Positions 34,574-44,920 are shown, numbered from the stretch's first letter. The stretch: 45,859 nt of DNA from Gemmatimonadales bacterium (GCA_038322445.1 JBBQFW010000001.1:1-45859); one strand, 5' to 3'. The notes: generated by a model from the letters alone, not told the origin. Numbers and translations are program-made.

Positions 34574-35995
34574 TTGCGTGGCCCCCGCCTTTTCGGACTG
34601 GATCGCGCCGCATGGTCGCTCGCGGCCATGGTCATCCTCCACGGCTGCACGCGCGAGGCGCCCTCCATGCAGCCAGCGCCGCCCGACGCGGCGCCGGCGC
34701 CGGCACCGGCGCGTGCGTCGCGCTTGAGCGTGCCGCTGCAATACGACTTCACGTCGGTCCTGCGTCTCGTCGACTCCATTGTGCCACGGAAGTTCGGGTC
34801 GATGGACGAGGTGAAGCAGATGGGCGACAACGACCACCGGCACTATGCGTTCGAGGCGGTGCGAGGGCCGTTCTCCGCGTTCGCCGACGGCAATCTGCTC
34901 CACCTGCGCGCGACACTCACCTACCAGGCGCGCGGGTTCATCAAGCCGGTGATCGGCCCCACGTTCAGCGCGGGATGCGGTGGGGGGCAGGATGGTCCGA
35001 GGCTGGTGGTTGACCTGGCCACACCGCTTACCCTCACCGAGAACTGGCACCTCGCGTCGCGCGCGCGGGTGGTGAGTGTCGCGTCCGCGTCGAATACCCC
35101 GCGCGATCACTGCGACGTGAGCATCCTCCACAAGGATGTCACCGCGCAGGTGGTCGACGCCGCGCGCGCGGGGCTCACCGGACAGCTTCCCATGATCGAT
35201 CGCAAGATCGCCAGCGTGAACCTCACGGATCACGTCGCCGAGTGGTGGGGCATGCTCCTCAAGCCGATCCAGCTCTCGCCGGACATCTGGGTGGTGCTGG
35301 CACCGAAGCGGCTGAGCATCGGGCGGATGCAGGGCCACAGCAAGATCCTCACGGTGCCGGTGAGCCTCGAGGCCAATCCCACGATCGTGACCAGCCGCAG
35401 CGAGCCGGTGGTGGCGGTGACCGCAGTGCCGCCACTCGGACGAGACTCCGCGTCGGATGGCTATCACATCATCATGGACGGCGTGGTGGACTATGGGACG
35501 GCGTCGCGCGAGTTGACGGCGGCGCTCAGCGCCCGGTCGTTCACGCAGTCGGGCCACACGGTGAGCATCAGCAGCGTTACCATCGTGCCGCAGCCCAAGG
35601 GCCGACTGGGCGTCTCCGTTGTGTTCGCGGGCGATGCCAAGGGAACGGTCCACCTGAGCGGCACGCCGCGCATCGACCACGCGCACGACCAGATCGTGGT
35701 GCCGGATCTCGACTTCGACGTACAGACGGACGACGCCCTGCTCAAGTCCTACACGTGGCTGAAGTCCGACGCACTGCGCAAGGAGCTCCGGTCACGTGCC
35801 CGCATTGCAACGGCGCCGGCGCTCGAAAAGGGCCGATCGCTCCTGCTGGAGGGACTCAACCGGAAGATCGGCAGCGCACTGACGATGACCGCGACGGTGG
35901 ACTCGGTGGCGGTGCTGGGCCTTTTCGTCACGCGCGACGGGCTGGTCGTGCGCGCCGAGGCCCATGGGCAAGCCGGCGTCTCGGTGAAACAGTAG
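34574..35995 (+). CDS. DUF4403-like lipoprotein (paralog B)
   Basis: The track ORF starts at 34367. I prefer TTG 34574, which gives MRGPRLFGLDRAAWSLAAMVILHGC (lipobox-like). Colinear with 19496..20881. Confidence 0.6.
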   Translation: MRGPRLFGLDRAAWSLAAMVILHGCTREAPSMQPAPPDAAPAPAPARASRLSVPLQYDFTSVLRLVDSIVPRKFGSMDEVKQMGDNDHRHYAFEAVRGPFSAFADGNLLHLRATLTYQARGFIKPVIGPTFSAGCGGGQDGPRLVVDLATPLTLTENWHLASRARVVSVASASNTPRDHCDVSILHKDVTAQVVDAARAGLTGQLPMIDRKIASVNLTDHVAEWWGMLLKPIQLSPDIWVVLAPKRLSIGRMQGHSKILTVPVSLEANPTIVTSRSEPVVAVTAVPPLGRDSASDGYHIIMDGVVDYGTASRELTAALSARSFTQSGHTVSISSVTIVPQPKGRLGVSVVFAGDAKGTVHLSGTPRIDHAHDQIVVPDLDFDVQTDDALLKSYTWLKSDALRKELRSRARIATAPALEKGRSLLLEGLNRKIGSALTMTATVDSVAVLGLFVTRDGLVVRAEAHGQAGVSVKQ

Positions 35996-35998
35996 GCG

Positions 35999-36070
35999 GA
36001 CAGTCGCACCCGGGCGGCCGGCTTCCCCGGCGCCCTCGCCTGACAGCGGGTCAGACCGTCAGACTGCCCG
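35999..36070 (+). repeat. GC-rich hairpin repeat, family 2, copy 2 (between convergent genes)
   Basis: 36 of 40 identity to 27308-27347. Its right arm TGACAGCGGGTCAGACCGTCAGAC overlaps the last codons (..SGSLTV*) of the ABC ATPase. Confidence 0.7.
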
Positions 36071-37565
36071 ACTTCTTCCCCAGGCCGGCCATCATGCGCA
36101 GCAGGGTCTCCTGCGAGGCGTCCTCGCGCGCGACCTCGCCCACCAAATGCCCTTCTCGCAGGACAAGGATCCGCTCGGCCAGGCGCAGCACCTCAGGCAA
36201 CTCGCTCGAGATCACGAGAATCGCCGTACCCTGCGCCGCCAGCTCGCCAATCAACGCGTGAATCTCGGCCTTCGCGCCGACATCCACCCCGCGCGTGGGC
36301 TCGTCGAGGATCAGCACCTGCGGCTTGGTCGCAAGCCACTTGGCGAGCACCACCTTCTGCTGGTTGCCACCCGACAGGCCCGCAACGACCGCGTCGAGGC
36401 CGGGCGTGCGCACGCGCAGCCGCTCGAACAACGTGCTCGTCTGCGCACGCTCGCGTGCGCGCCAGATCCACGTGAAGCGCGAGAGCCGCGGCAGCGTGGG
36501 CAGCGAGGTGTTGCGCATCGCGCTCTCGGAGAGCACGAGCCCCTGTCGCTTCCGATCCTCGGGAACGAATCCGATGCCGAGCGCAATCGCCTGCTGGGGA
36601 TCGCGCATGTCGACCGGCGAGCCGCGAAAGAAGATGCGGCCGGCCGTCAGCGCATCGAGGCCAAAGAGCGCCGCGGCCACCTCGGACCGGCCCGCGCCCA
36701 TCAGGCCCGCCAGCCCGACGACCTCGCCGGCATGCAGCGTGAGCGACACGTCCGCGAAGCGACCGGGAATCGTCAGTCCGTCCGCGCGCAGCACTTCATC
36801 ACCACGCGCGGTGGTGCGCGGTGTCGGGATGTACTCGGCGATGGATCGGCCGATCATCATCTCGACCAACTCATCCTCGGTGAGGCCAGCGGTGGACCTG
36901 GTGGCGACGTGGCGTCCGTCGCGCAGCACGCTCACCGCATCACAGAGCGCGAAGATCTCCGGCATGCGGTGCGATACGTAGATGCACGTGACCCCGCGCG
37001 CCTTCAGCCGCCCGAGCAGTTCGTAGAGTCGCTCGGCCTCGGCCTGACTGAGGCTGCTCGTGGGCTCATCGAAGACAATGATCTTCGCGCCACCGCCCAC
37101 TGCGGCGGCGATCTGCACCATCTGGCGATTGCCGATGGAGAGTTCACCAAGCCGGCGACTGACGTCGAGCGTGGTGCCCGTTTCGGCGAGCAGGGCCGCC
37201 GCGCGGCGCTGCATCTCCGCGAAGTCCACGAGCCCGCGGCGTTTCGGAATGTCGCCGAGACAGAGATTCTCGGCGACAGAGAGGTTCTCGCAGAAGGCGA
37301 GCTCCTGGTGCACCATGGCGATGCCGGCCGCCATCGCATCGTGCGGTGTATGCAGGTGCACCGCTTGCCCGAACACGAAGACCTGCCCTTCGTCGGGCGA
37401 CTGTAGCCCCGCGAGAATCTTGCCGAGCGTGCTCTTGCCCGCGCCGTTCTCGCCGCAGAGGGCGTGACACGAGCCCGCCGCGATTGTCAGCGACACGTCG
37501 GTCAACGCCTGCACGCCCGGAAAACTCTTCCCGACGTGCTCGAAACGGACAGCGGGCTCGGTCAT
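36051..37565 (-). CDS. sugar ABC transporter ATP-binding protein (duplicated ABC cassette, RbsA/MglA type)
   Basis: Walker A GENGAGKST and GLMGAGRSE. Signatures LSIGNRQMV and LSGGNQQKV. Walker B IIVFDEPTS and VLILDEPTRGVD. Start MTEPAVRFEHV (ATG 37565). Confidence 0.9.
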   Translation of the reverse strand: MTEPAVRFEHVGKSFPGVQALTDVSLTIAAGSCHALCGENGAGKSTLGKILAGLQSPDEGQVFVFGQAVHLHTPHDAMAAGIAMVHQELAFCENLSVAENLCLGDIPKRRGLVDFAEMQRRAAALLAETGTTLDVSRRLGELSIGNRQMVQIAAAVGGGAKIIVFDEPTSSLSQAEAERLYELLGRLKARGVTCIYVSHRMPEIFALCDAVSVLRDGRHVATRSTAGLTEDELVEMMIGRSIAEYIPTPRTTARGDEVLRADGLTIPGRFADVSLTLHAGEVVGLAGLMGAGRSEVAAALFGLDALTAGRIFFRGSPVDMRDPQQAIALGIGFVPEDRKRQGLVLSESAMRNTSLPTLPRLSRFTWIWRARERAQTSTLFERLRVRTPGLDAVVAGLSGGNQQKVVLAKWLATKPQVLILDEPTRGVDVGAKAEIHALIGELAAQGTAILVISSELPEVLRLAERILVLREGHLVGEVAREDASQETLLRMMAGLGKKSGSLTV

Positions 37566-37570
37566 CAACG

Positions 37571-38623
37571 CTACTGCTTGAGCGCGAGGTAGGCGGGATC
37601 GATGTTCGTGAAGCCCCAATCCTTCAACTGGCGCGCCCAGGTCCCGAGGTTGTCCTTCGACACGCGGACGAGCTCCATCGGGATGATCGGCGAGGCCGGA
37701 TCCTTCTTGTCGTGCACCTTGGCGAACAGCGTGCGGACGCCGACGTCGCCCCAGAGATAGACCGGTTGCGCGAGCAGCACCGGCGCGATGCCCTTCGCGA
37801 CGTAGGGAAGTTCATCGGGCAGCGCATCGACCGACACGACCTTCTGCTTCTTCGGATCGAGGTCGGTGAGCAGGGTCTGCGTGAAGAGCGGCCAGCCACC
37901 GATCATCGCCCAGCCGGTGATGTCGGGATACGCGTTGTTCGCGCGGATGACTTCGGCGGCCGCGTCCTGCGGCGTCTCGATGTGGTTGAACGCGCCGACG
38001 ATGGTGATGCCCGGATATTTCTTCGCCTCGTCCTTCACGCCCTGCACGCGCATCTGGAGGTTCGGTGCGTTCTGGTTGCCCGCGAGGATGGCGACCTTGC
38101 CCTTGCCGTTCATCAGGGTGGCGAGCTCGGACATCGTCTTCTCGCCCGTTTTGTGATCGTCCACGCCGTAGAACGCAAACCGCTTCGACTTCGGGGCATC
38201 GCTGTCGAACGTCATGACCGGCACGCCGCGGTCGACGGCGTCGTTGATCGCACCCGTCACCTTGCCGGCGTCCGACGCGGAGAGCAGGATCGCGCTGGCG
38301 CCGTCGTTCACGGCCTGCCGGACGCGCTGCGCCTGCACCTCGCCGTCTTCCTGCGGCGGAGTCAGCCACACCACCTCGACCGGCACGTTGTTCTTGGCCG
38401 AAAGCTCCTTGGCTGCCGCCTCCGCGCCCGAGCGGGCGGCGAGGAACACGGGGTTCGACGAACTCTTGGCGATCATCGCGATCGTGATCTTCCCCGCCGC
38501 GCCGGTCGCCGCGCCGCCCTTCGCGGCCGAGGCGTCCTTCGCCTTGTCACCGCCACCGCACGCGATCATGCCGGCCCCCACTGTGGCCAGCGTCGCCATG
38601 CGCCATGCAACTCGCTTCATCAT
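37571..38623 (-). CDS. sugar ABC transporter substrate-binding lipoprotein (PBP type I)
   Basis: Start MMKRVAWRMATLATVGAGMIAC (ATG 38623, GGAGA RBS). Periplasmic-binding-protein fold features (IAMIAKSSSNPVF..., ILLSASD). Confidence 0.85.
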   Translation of the reverse strand: MMKRVAWRMATLATVGAGMIACGGGDKAKDASAAKGGAATGAAGKITIAMIAKSSSNPVFLAARSGAEAAAKELSAKNNVPVEVVWLTPPQEDGEVQAQRVRQAVNDGASAILLSASDAGKVTGAINDAVDRGVPVMTFDSDAPKSKRFAFYGVDDHKTGEKTMSELATLMNGKGKVAILAGNQNAPNLQMRVQGVKDEAKKYPGITIVGAFNHIETPQDAAAEVIRANNAYPDITGWAMIGGWPLFTQTLLTDLDPKKQKVVSVDALPDELPYVAKGIAPVLLAQPVYLWGDVGVRTLFAKVHDKKDPASPIIPMELVRVSKDNLGTWARQLKDWGFTNIDPAYLALKQ

Positions 38624-38646
38624 GTATGTCTCCGAGATATGAAAGG

Positions 38647-39699
38647 TCATGTCCTGGCACGCACCCCTTCGGCGGCGCGGCTGAGGCGCCGGCCGGTGAG
38701 ACGCGTGCTCCACTGGTCGATGACGACGGCGATGACGATCGCACAGCCGATCACGATCCACTCGTAGTTCTGGTCGAAGTGCAGGGTGCGGATCGACTGC
38801 CGGATCAGCACGATGAGCAGCGCGCCGAGCATGGCGCCGACCGCACTACCCTTCCCGCCGATCAGGCTCGCGCCGCCGACGACCGCCGACGCGATGACGT
38901 AGAGCTCATAGCCCTGCGCGTCGCCCGACGAGGCCGACCCGTAGAAGCTGGCGCCGAGGTACGCGGCGAGGCCGGCCATGAGCCCCGAGATGGCGAAGAC
39001 GCCGATCTGGATGCGTCCCAATGAGAGCCCCGCGAATCGGCTCGCCTCCACGTTGCCGCCGAACGCGAAGATGTGGCGACCCATCACGGTGCGTGTGAGG
39101 TAGATCGCGCCGACGATCGTGAGAAACACCATCGCAAGCATTGGCACGGGATAGAGTCCCACCGACATGCCGAGCGACGCCTTCGCGACCTTCGTCAACG
39201 ACGTGGGCACGAGGATGCTCTCGGCCTTCGTCGTCACGAACGCGATGCCCCGCAGCACCCACATGGTGCCGAGCGTGATGATGAAGGGATGCACGCGGAG
39301 GATGACGACGAGGGCGCCGTTCAGCAGGCCGCAGAGGAGGCCGATGCCCGCGCACACCAGGAGCGCCGTCCACGCAGTGGCGCCGTCGCCCATGGGCCCC
39401 ATCGCACGCAGGGTCATCGCCATGGTGGTGCCGGCGAGTGCGTAGATCGACCCGACGGAAAGGTCGATTCCGCCGGAGATGATGACCATGGTGGCCCCGA
39501 TCGCCATCATCGCGAAGAAGCTGGCGTCCGTCGCCGTCTGCACCAGCGTGTTCGCGTTCCAGAAGTTGTTCACCATCACGCCGGTGGTGCGGTCTGCGTG
39601 GGAGCCGGCGAGCAGTGTCAGTGCGATAGTCACGAGCACGAGGACGACGACGAGCCCCGTTTCCTGCGAGCCGATCAGCCGGCGAACAAAAGGATGCAC
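38647..39699 (-). CDS. sugar ABC transporter permease (RbsC/AraH type)
   Basis: 350 aa, about 10 TM segments, typical branched-sugar permease sequence (..GGIDLSVGSIYAL..). Confidence 0.88.
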   Translation of the reverse strand: MHPFVRRLIGSQETGLVVVLVLVTIALTLLAGSHADRTTGVMVNNFWNANTLVQTATDASFFAMMAIGATMVIISGGIDLSVGSIYALAGTTMAMTLRAMGPMGDGATAWTALLVCAGIGLLCGLLNGALVVILRVHPFIITLGTMWVLRGIAFVTTKAESILVPTSLTKVAKASLGMSVGLYPVPMLAMVFLTIVGAIYLTRTVMGRHIFAFGGNVEASRFAGLSLGRIQIGVFAISGLMAGLAAYLGASFYGSASSGDAQGYELYVIASAVVGGASLIGGKGSAVGAMLGALLIVLIRQSIRTLHFDQNYEWIVIGCAIVIAVVIDQWSTRLTGRRLSRAAEGVRART

Positions 39700-40050
39700 G
39701 CTTCAGTTGTAGTCGATGGAGTCGGGCCAGTGATGCTCTCCGCGGGAGTATCGCATGGCGTTGGGCCGAATGCGAGTGGCTTGTGCGGCACAGCGCGACT
39801 ATGCCCCGGGGTGAGCGGCGTCATCCTCGGACAGCCGCCGGGGCCGCAGCGCACCCCCGCGGCGGACATCGACGAAATACACCTCATGCGCGACTCGGCG
39901 CAGACCTTCGGACCGGTGCTGTTGACGACGTATCGCACACACACCGACCTCGACCGCTGCAGGTGGACGGTGGCCGAGTATCGAGCCGTCCGCACCGGGT
40001 CGGAGCGATCGAAGACGTACGTGACGTCGCCGCACGTGTAGGTGATGTGA

Positions 40051-40161
40051 TCACGCTCGTTCGATCGCGCTTAGCGACAGGGCCCCGGTGTTGCAGCCCG
40101 CCGCGAGCACAAGCGTCAGGAGGACGCTGATGAAAAACTTCCCATTGATCCCTCGATTCAC
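40051..40161 (-). pseudogene. orphan lipoprotein signal peptide ORF (36 codons), probably the head of a frameshifted gene
   Basis: GTG 40161 gives MNRGINGKFFISVLLTLVLAAGC followed by only 13 residues before TGA. A high-GC3 frame continues in a different phase (DHITYTCGDVTYVFDRSDPV...) to about 39800. Confidence 0.35.
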
Positions 40162-40337
40162 GCCTGGCCTTGTCGGTGGGCAACGCTCGGCGTCGCATCC
40201 GAGTATAGGGAAAGACACCGCGTACATGCCAGCGCCCCCTGCCGCTGAAGATCGTCGCTGGACGTGTCGACGGCGGCTCGGCAGATTGCGGAGGATCAGT
40301 GCCTCCATCCCGCGCTCACACTCGACCAGGGCTTTCC

Positions 40338-40844
40338 ATGAAGGTGACCTTCAAGGTCAACGGCCAACCCAGGCGCGTCGACGTTCCCGGTGACATGCCG
40401 CTCCTGTGGACGCTGCGCGATACGCTGGAACTCAAGGGCACGAAGTTCGGCTGCGGCCTGTCGCAGTGCGGCGCGTGCACGGTACACATAAGCGGCGCGG
40501 CGACGCGATCCTGCGTGACCCCGATCTCCGCGTGCCAGGGTGCGGACATCACGACAATCGAAGGACTGTCGAAGGACGGCACGCACGCGCTCCAACGCGC
40601 GTGGGAGGAACTCGACGTTCCGCAATGCGGCTACTGCCAGGCTGGCCAGATCATGGCGGCGGCGGCGCTGCTCGCGAAGAAGCCGCATCCGAGTGATGCG
40701 GAGATCGATGACGCGATGCAGGGCAATCTCTGTCGCTGCGCCACGTACCTCCGCATCCGCCAGGCGATCCACCGCGCGGCGGACCTGCAGTCCCAGGCGG
40801 TCCAGGCCGGCGAGCCGAAGCGGCTGAGGGGGAGCAAGTCATGA
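40338..40844 (+). CDS. (2Fe-2S)-binding small subunit of an IorAB/aldehyde-oxidase-type molybdoenzyme
   Basis: 168 aa from [10 protein letters not shown]. Cluster motifs [11 protein letters not shown] and [10 protein letters not shown]...CRC. ATGA overlap with the large subunit. Confidence 0.88.
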   Translation: MKVTFKVNGQPRRVDVPGDMPLLWTLRDTLELKGTKFGCGLSQCGACTVHISGAATRSCVTPISACQGADITTIEGLSKDGTHALQRAWEELDVPQCGYCQAGQIMAAAALLAKKPHPSDAEIDDAMQGNLCRCATYLRIRQAIHRAADLQSQAVQAGEPKRLRGSKS

Positions 40845-43051
40845 GCGCCACGACACCAGTCACCAGGCGCGACTTCCTCCGCGTCTCGGCCATCGCAGGC
40901 GGCGGGATCCTCCTTGCCAGCTACATCGATCCCCTGAGCGCGAGCGAGGTGGGCTCGGGCGCGGCGGCGGATGCGGCGCTCAACGCATACATCCGGCTCA
41001 CACCCGATGGCATCGTCACGATCATCGCGAAGAATCCCGAGGTGGGCCAGGGCGTGAAGACGATGCTGCCCATGCTGATCGCGGAGGAGCTCGACGTCGC
41101 GTGGAAGAACGTCCGTATCCAGCAGGGCGACCTCGACACGAAGAACTTCCAGGGGCAGGTCGCGGGCGGCAGCACGGCGACGCCGAACAACTGGCTGCCG
41201 ATGCGGCGCGTGGGCGCCGCGGGGCGCGCAATGCTGGTCGCGGCCGCAGCACAGACGTGGAATGTCCCCGTGGCCGAGTGCGAGACGGAAAGGGGCGTCG
41301 TGTACCATCGCGCGAGCAAGCGGTCGGCCACGTACGGTGGCCTCGCGAGCACCGCGGCGACAATCGCGCCGCCGGATCTCGCGACGGTAATGCTCAAGGA
41401 CCCGAAGGCTTTCCGCATCATCGGCCAGCCCATGCGCGGCGTGGATACCCACCGGATCGTGACGGGCGTTCCGCTGTATGGCATCGACGTCGCCGTTCCT
41501 GGCATGCTGTACGCGACTTTCGTGAAGTGTCCCGTGTTCGGCGGCAAGGTCGCGCGCGCGAACCTCGATGCGATCAAGGCACTCCCGGGTGTGCGTCATG
41601 CCTTCGTCGTTGACGGCACGGCCAACCTCACGGGTCTCATGCCCGGAGTGGCAATCGTTGCCGACAGCTGGTGGCAGGCACGAACGGCGCGCACCAGGCT
41701 CGACGTCACGTGGAACGAGGGACCGACCGCGCAACAGGGCAGCGCGAGCTTTGCCGCGCAGGCCGCCACACTCGCCAAGGGGCCCGCGCAGCGCTCACTG
41801 CGGAAGGACGGCGACGTCGACGCCGCCCTCGCCAGCGCCTCGAAGAAGATCAGCGGTGAGTACTTCTATCCCTTCATCGCCCACGCGTCGCTGGAGCCGC
41901 AGAATTGCACCGCGCACTGGAAGCCCGACGGCCAGCTCGAGATCTGGGCGCCGTCGCAGAATCCGGCTGCCGGCCGAGGACTGATCGTGCAGACGCTGGG
42001 CATCAAGGACACCGACATCACCATCCACATCACGCGGTCGGGCGGTGGGTTCGGTCGCCGCCTCGGGAACGACTACATGGTCGAAGCCGCCGCGATCGCG
42101 AAGGTCGTGGGTGTTCCGGTAAAGCTGTTGTGGACGCGGGAAGACGACATCCAGCACGACTTCTATCGCCCTGCTGGCTTCCACTACCTGTCGGGCGGTG
42201 TGGATGCCTCGGGCAAGGTGGTCGCGTGGCGCAATCACTTCGTGTCGTTCGGCGACGGACAGAACTTCGCGGCCGGCGCGAATATCGGCGCGACCGAGTT
42301 CCCGCAGCACTTCGTCCCGAACTTCACGCTCGAGGCATCGCTGATGCCCCTCGGCGTGCCGACCGGCTATCTCCGAGCACCAGGCAGCAATGGGATTGCG
42401 TTTGCCACGCAGTCGTTCATCGACGAGCTCGCGCACGTCGCGGGCAAGGATCCGCTCCAGTTCCGGCTCGACCTGCTGGCGCAGCCGATCACGGAGGCGG
42501 GAGGCGTCGGTCCGCAGGCGGCGCCGTACGATGCGGCTCGCGCGCGCGGGGTGCTCGAGCGAGTGCGAGAGGTTTCCGGTTGGGGCACCACGGCCCTGCC
42601 CCGCGGGACGGGCATGGGCGTGGCGTTCCACTTCAGTCACCGTGGCTACTTCGCCGAGGTGGTGAAGGCGAGCGTGAGCCGTGATGGGACGCTCAAGGTG
42701 GAGAAGGTGTGGGCCGCCGGCGACATCGGCAGCGAGATCATCAATCCGCTCAACGCGGAGAATCAGGTGCAGGGCTCGGTGCAGGACGGATTGGCGCAGG
42801 CGCTCGGCCAGGAGATCACGATCGACAAGGGTCGCACGGTGCAGAGCAGCTTCGCCGATTTCCCGCTCATCCGCTTTGCCCAGGCGGTACCGGTGGAGGT
42901 GCACTTCGTGAAGTCGGCGGTGGCGCCCACCGGCCTGGGCGAGCCGGCGCTTCCGCCCGTGCCGCCGGCGTTGTGCAATGCGATCTTCGCGGCCACGGGC
43001 AAGCGGGTGCGGTCGCTGCCGCTATCGAATCATGATTTGAGTTGGAGCTGA
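40841..43051 (+). CDS. molybdopterin-dependent oxidoreductase large subunit (xanthine dehydrogenase / IorB family) with Tat signal
   Basis: 736 aa. Twin-arginine [15 protein letters not shown]. Length and sequence typical of isoquinoline-oxidoreductase beta-type subunits. Confidence 0.85.
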   Translation: MSATTPVTRRDFLRVSAIAGGGILLASYIDPLSASEVGSGAAADAALNAYIRLTPDGIVTIIAKNPEVGQGVKTMLPMLIAEELDVAWKNVRIQQGDLDTKNFQGQVAGGSTATPNNWLPMRRVGAAGRAMLVAAAAQTWNVPVAECETERGVVYHRASKRSATYGGLASTAATIAPPDLATVMLKDPKAFRIIGQPMRGVDTHRIVTGVPLYGIDVAVPGMLYATFVKCPVFGGKVARANLDAIKALPGVRHAFVVDGTANLTGLMPGVAIVADSWWQARTARTRLDVTWNEGPTAQQGSASFAAQAATLAKGPAQRSLRKDGDVDAALASASKKISGEYFYPFIAHASLEPQNCTAHWKPDGQLEIWAPSQNPAAGRGLIVQTLGIKDTDITIHITRSGGGFGRRLGNDYMVEAAAIAKVVGVPVKLLWTREDDIQHDFYRPAGFHYLSGGVDASGKVVAWRNHFVSFGDGQNFAAGANIGATEFPQHFVPNFTLEASLMPLGVPTGYLRAPGSNGIAFATQSFIDELAHVAGKDPLQFRLDLLAQPITEAGGVGPQAAPYDAARARGVLERVREVSGWGTTALPRGTGMGVAFHFSHRGYFAEVVKASVSRDGTLKVEKVWAAGDIGSEIINPLNAENQVQGSVQDGLAQALGQEITIDKGRTVQSSFADFPLIRFAQAVPVEVHFVKSAVAPTGLGEPALPPVPPALCNAIFAATGKRVRSLPLSNHDLSWS

Positions 43052-43097
43052 GCATCAGGAAGCCGTACAGCTGCAAAGACTGAGTCACCACGAAGGT

Positions 43098-43130
43098 CAC
43101 GGAGGAAGGCGGAACGGCACTTCCTCCGTG
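43098..43130 (+). terminator. GC-rich hairpin downstream of the oxidoreductase (possible terminator, no clear T-tract)
   Basis: CACGGAGGAAG-(11 nt)-CTTCCTCCGTG. The 8-mer CCTCCGTG recurs at 43141-43148. Confidence 0.4.
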
Positions 43131-43274
43131 CGCTCTGTGACCTCCGTGTAAATCGCTTTCTGGTTTGTCTTTCGACTCTGCGATGGCTCACGGGGCGCGA
43201 GACGTCACCAACGTCGCGCTGCCAGCACGGAGTTTCAGCGCGTCGTCGTCCCCCTCCACATCCCGCCGCCCGCG

Positions 43275-44672
43275 ATGCCGCTCGTCTCGGTCTTCATCTC
43301 GATCGCCGTCCTGCTCCTGCTCGTGCTGGTGGTGAAGCTCGACGCGTTCTTCGCGTTGATCATCACCTCGTTCGTGGTCGGCGTGCTGAACGGCATGGAT
43401 CTCCTGTCGGTGCTCCAGTCGGTGCTGAAGGGAGTGGGCGCCACCCTCGGCAGCGTCGCGCTGATTCTGGTTTTCGGGGCGATGCTCGGCAAGCTGGTCG
43501 CAGAGAGCGGCGCCGCGCGCGCGATTGCCGACTGGCTGGTGGCGAAGTCCGGAATGCGGGGGATCCAGTTCGCGATGGCGGCGACGGGGCTGCTCGTGGG
43601 TCTGCCGATGCTGTACAATGCCGGCTTCATCGTGCTGATCCCGTTGGTCTACGGGCTGGCCGCGACGACCGGACTTCCCCTGCTCTACCTGGGAATTCCG
43701 CTCGCGTCCGCGCTGTCGGTGACGCATGGATTCCTGCCGCCGCACCCCGCGCCGACCTTCATGGCGTTCGCGTACGGCGCGAACGTCAACCGCACGCTCG
43801 CCCTCGGGCTGGTCGCGGCGATTCCCGCGTGCCTCGTGGGCGGCATCGGTCTCGCGCGCGTGCTGTCGCGCCTTCCCATGCGGAACGCGCCAGCCCCGGC
43901 AGGGCTGCGCGATGCCGCCGACACCGTGCCGCGGGAGCTGCCGGGCGTGGGGGTCAGCATTGGCACCATGCTCATCCCCGTGGCGCTCATGCTGTTCGGC
44001 GCGCTCGTCGACGCCGCCACGCATACGACCGGCATCGATCCCTTTCGCGCGGACTTCGATTTCCACAAGGCGCTCGTGACGGCCGTCCCCGATGCGGGCA
44101 CCCGCGCCTTTGTCGTGGCCGCGAAGTTCCTCGGGAATGCCAACGTCGCGGTGTTCGTGGCCGTACTCGTGGCGCTGTACACCCTCGGCACGCGGCGCGG
44201 TCGCGCGATGCCGGCGCTCATGGAGACCATGCGCAGCGGTGTCGCGGGCATCTCGATGATCCTGCTCATCATCGCGGCGGGTGGTGCGTTCTCGCAGGTG
44301 CTCCGCGATGCCGGCGTCGGTGACTACGTGGCGCACCGCGCCGCGGGGATGCAGCTCAACCCACTGTTGCTCGCATTCGGCATCGCGTCGCTGATGCGAC
44401 TTGCGGTGGGATCGGCGACCGTGGCCGGCATGACGACCGCCGGCATCGTCGGCCCGATGATCAGCACGAGCGGGGCGAGTCCCGAACTGATGGTGCTGGC
44501 CACGGGCGCGGGGAGCCTGATGTTCTCGCACTTCAACGATACGGGCTTCTGGATGTTCAAGGAGTACTTCAACCTCACCGTGCCCGAAACGCTCGGCACG
44601 TGGACCGTCATGGAGCTGACCGTCGCGCTCACGGGCATGGCCATGGTGCTGCTCATGGCGGCGGTTCTTTGA
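43275..44672 (+). CDS. GntP-family gluconate:H+ symporter
   Basis: 465 aa, about 12 TM. N-terminus MPLVSVFISIAVLLLLVLVVKLDAFFALIITSFVVGVLNGM is typical of GntP permeases. Confidence 0.85.
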   Translation: MPLVSVFISIAVLLLLVLVVKLDAFFALIITSFVVGVLNGMDLLSVLQSVLKGVGATLGSVALILVFGAMLGKLVAESGAARAIADWLVAKSGMRGIQFAMAATGLLVGLPMLYNAGFIVLIPLVYGLAATTGLPLLYLGIPLASALSVTHGFLPPHPAPTFMAFAYGANVNRTLALGLVAAIPACLVGGIGLARVLSRLPMRNAPAPAGLRDAADTVPRELPGVGVSIGTMLIPVALMLFGALVDAATHTTGIDPFRADFDFHKALVTAVPDAGTRAFVVAAKFLGNANVAVFVAVLVALYTLGTRRGRAMPALMETMRSGVAGISMILLIIAAGGAFSQVLRDAGVGDYVAHRAAGMQLNPLLLAFGIASLMRLAVGSATVAGMTTAGIVGPMISTSGASPELMVLATGAGSLMFSHFNDTGFWMFKEYFNLTVPETLGTWTVMELTVALTGMAMVLLMAAVL

Positions 44673-44680
44673 TTGGGTTG

Positions 44681-44817
44681 TTCATCCTGCCCGGGTTCGC
44701 CGTTCCCGCGAAAGCGGGAATCCACCTTTGGCTTGTGAACATGGATTCCCGCGTGCGCGGGAATGACGAACGTGGCCTTGTGAACATGGATTCGCGCGTG
44801 CGCGGGAATGACGAACG
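44681..44817 (+). repeat. composite REP-like hairpin element, copy 4, with tandem duplication of the second hairpin module
   Basis: GTTCCCGCGAAAGCGGGAATCCA, then CTTGTGAACATGGATTCCCGCGTGCGCGGGAATGACGAACG, then CTTGTGAACATGGATTCGCGCGTGCGCGGGAATGACGAACG. Confidence 0.85.
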
Positions 44818-44920
44818 CGTATGGACGCGAGTTAGCAGTCGCAGCGCGTTTGCGCAGCGGACTCCGTTTCGCCCGCGTTACTGCTCTGAGCCCAACGCAC
44901 CTTCCTTCCCACTGGCATTC

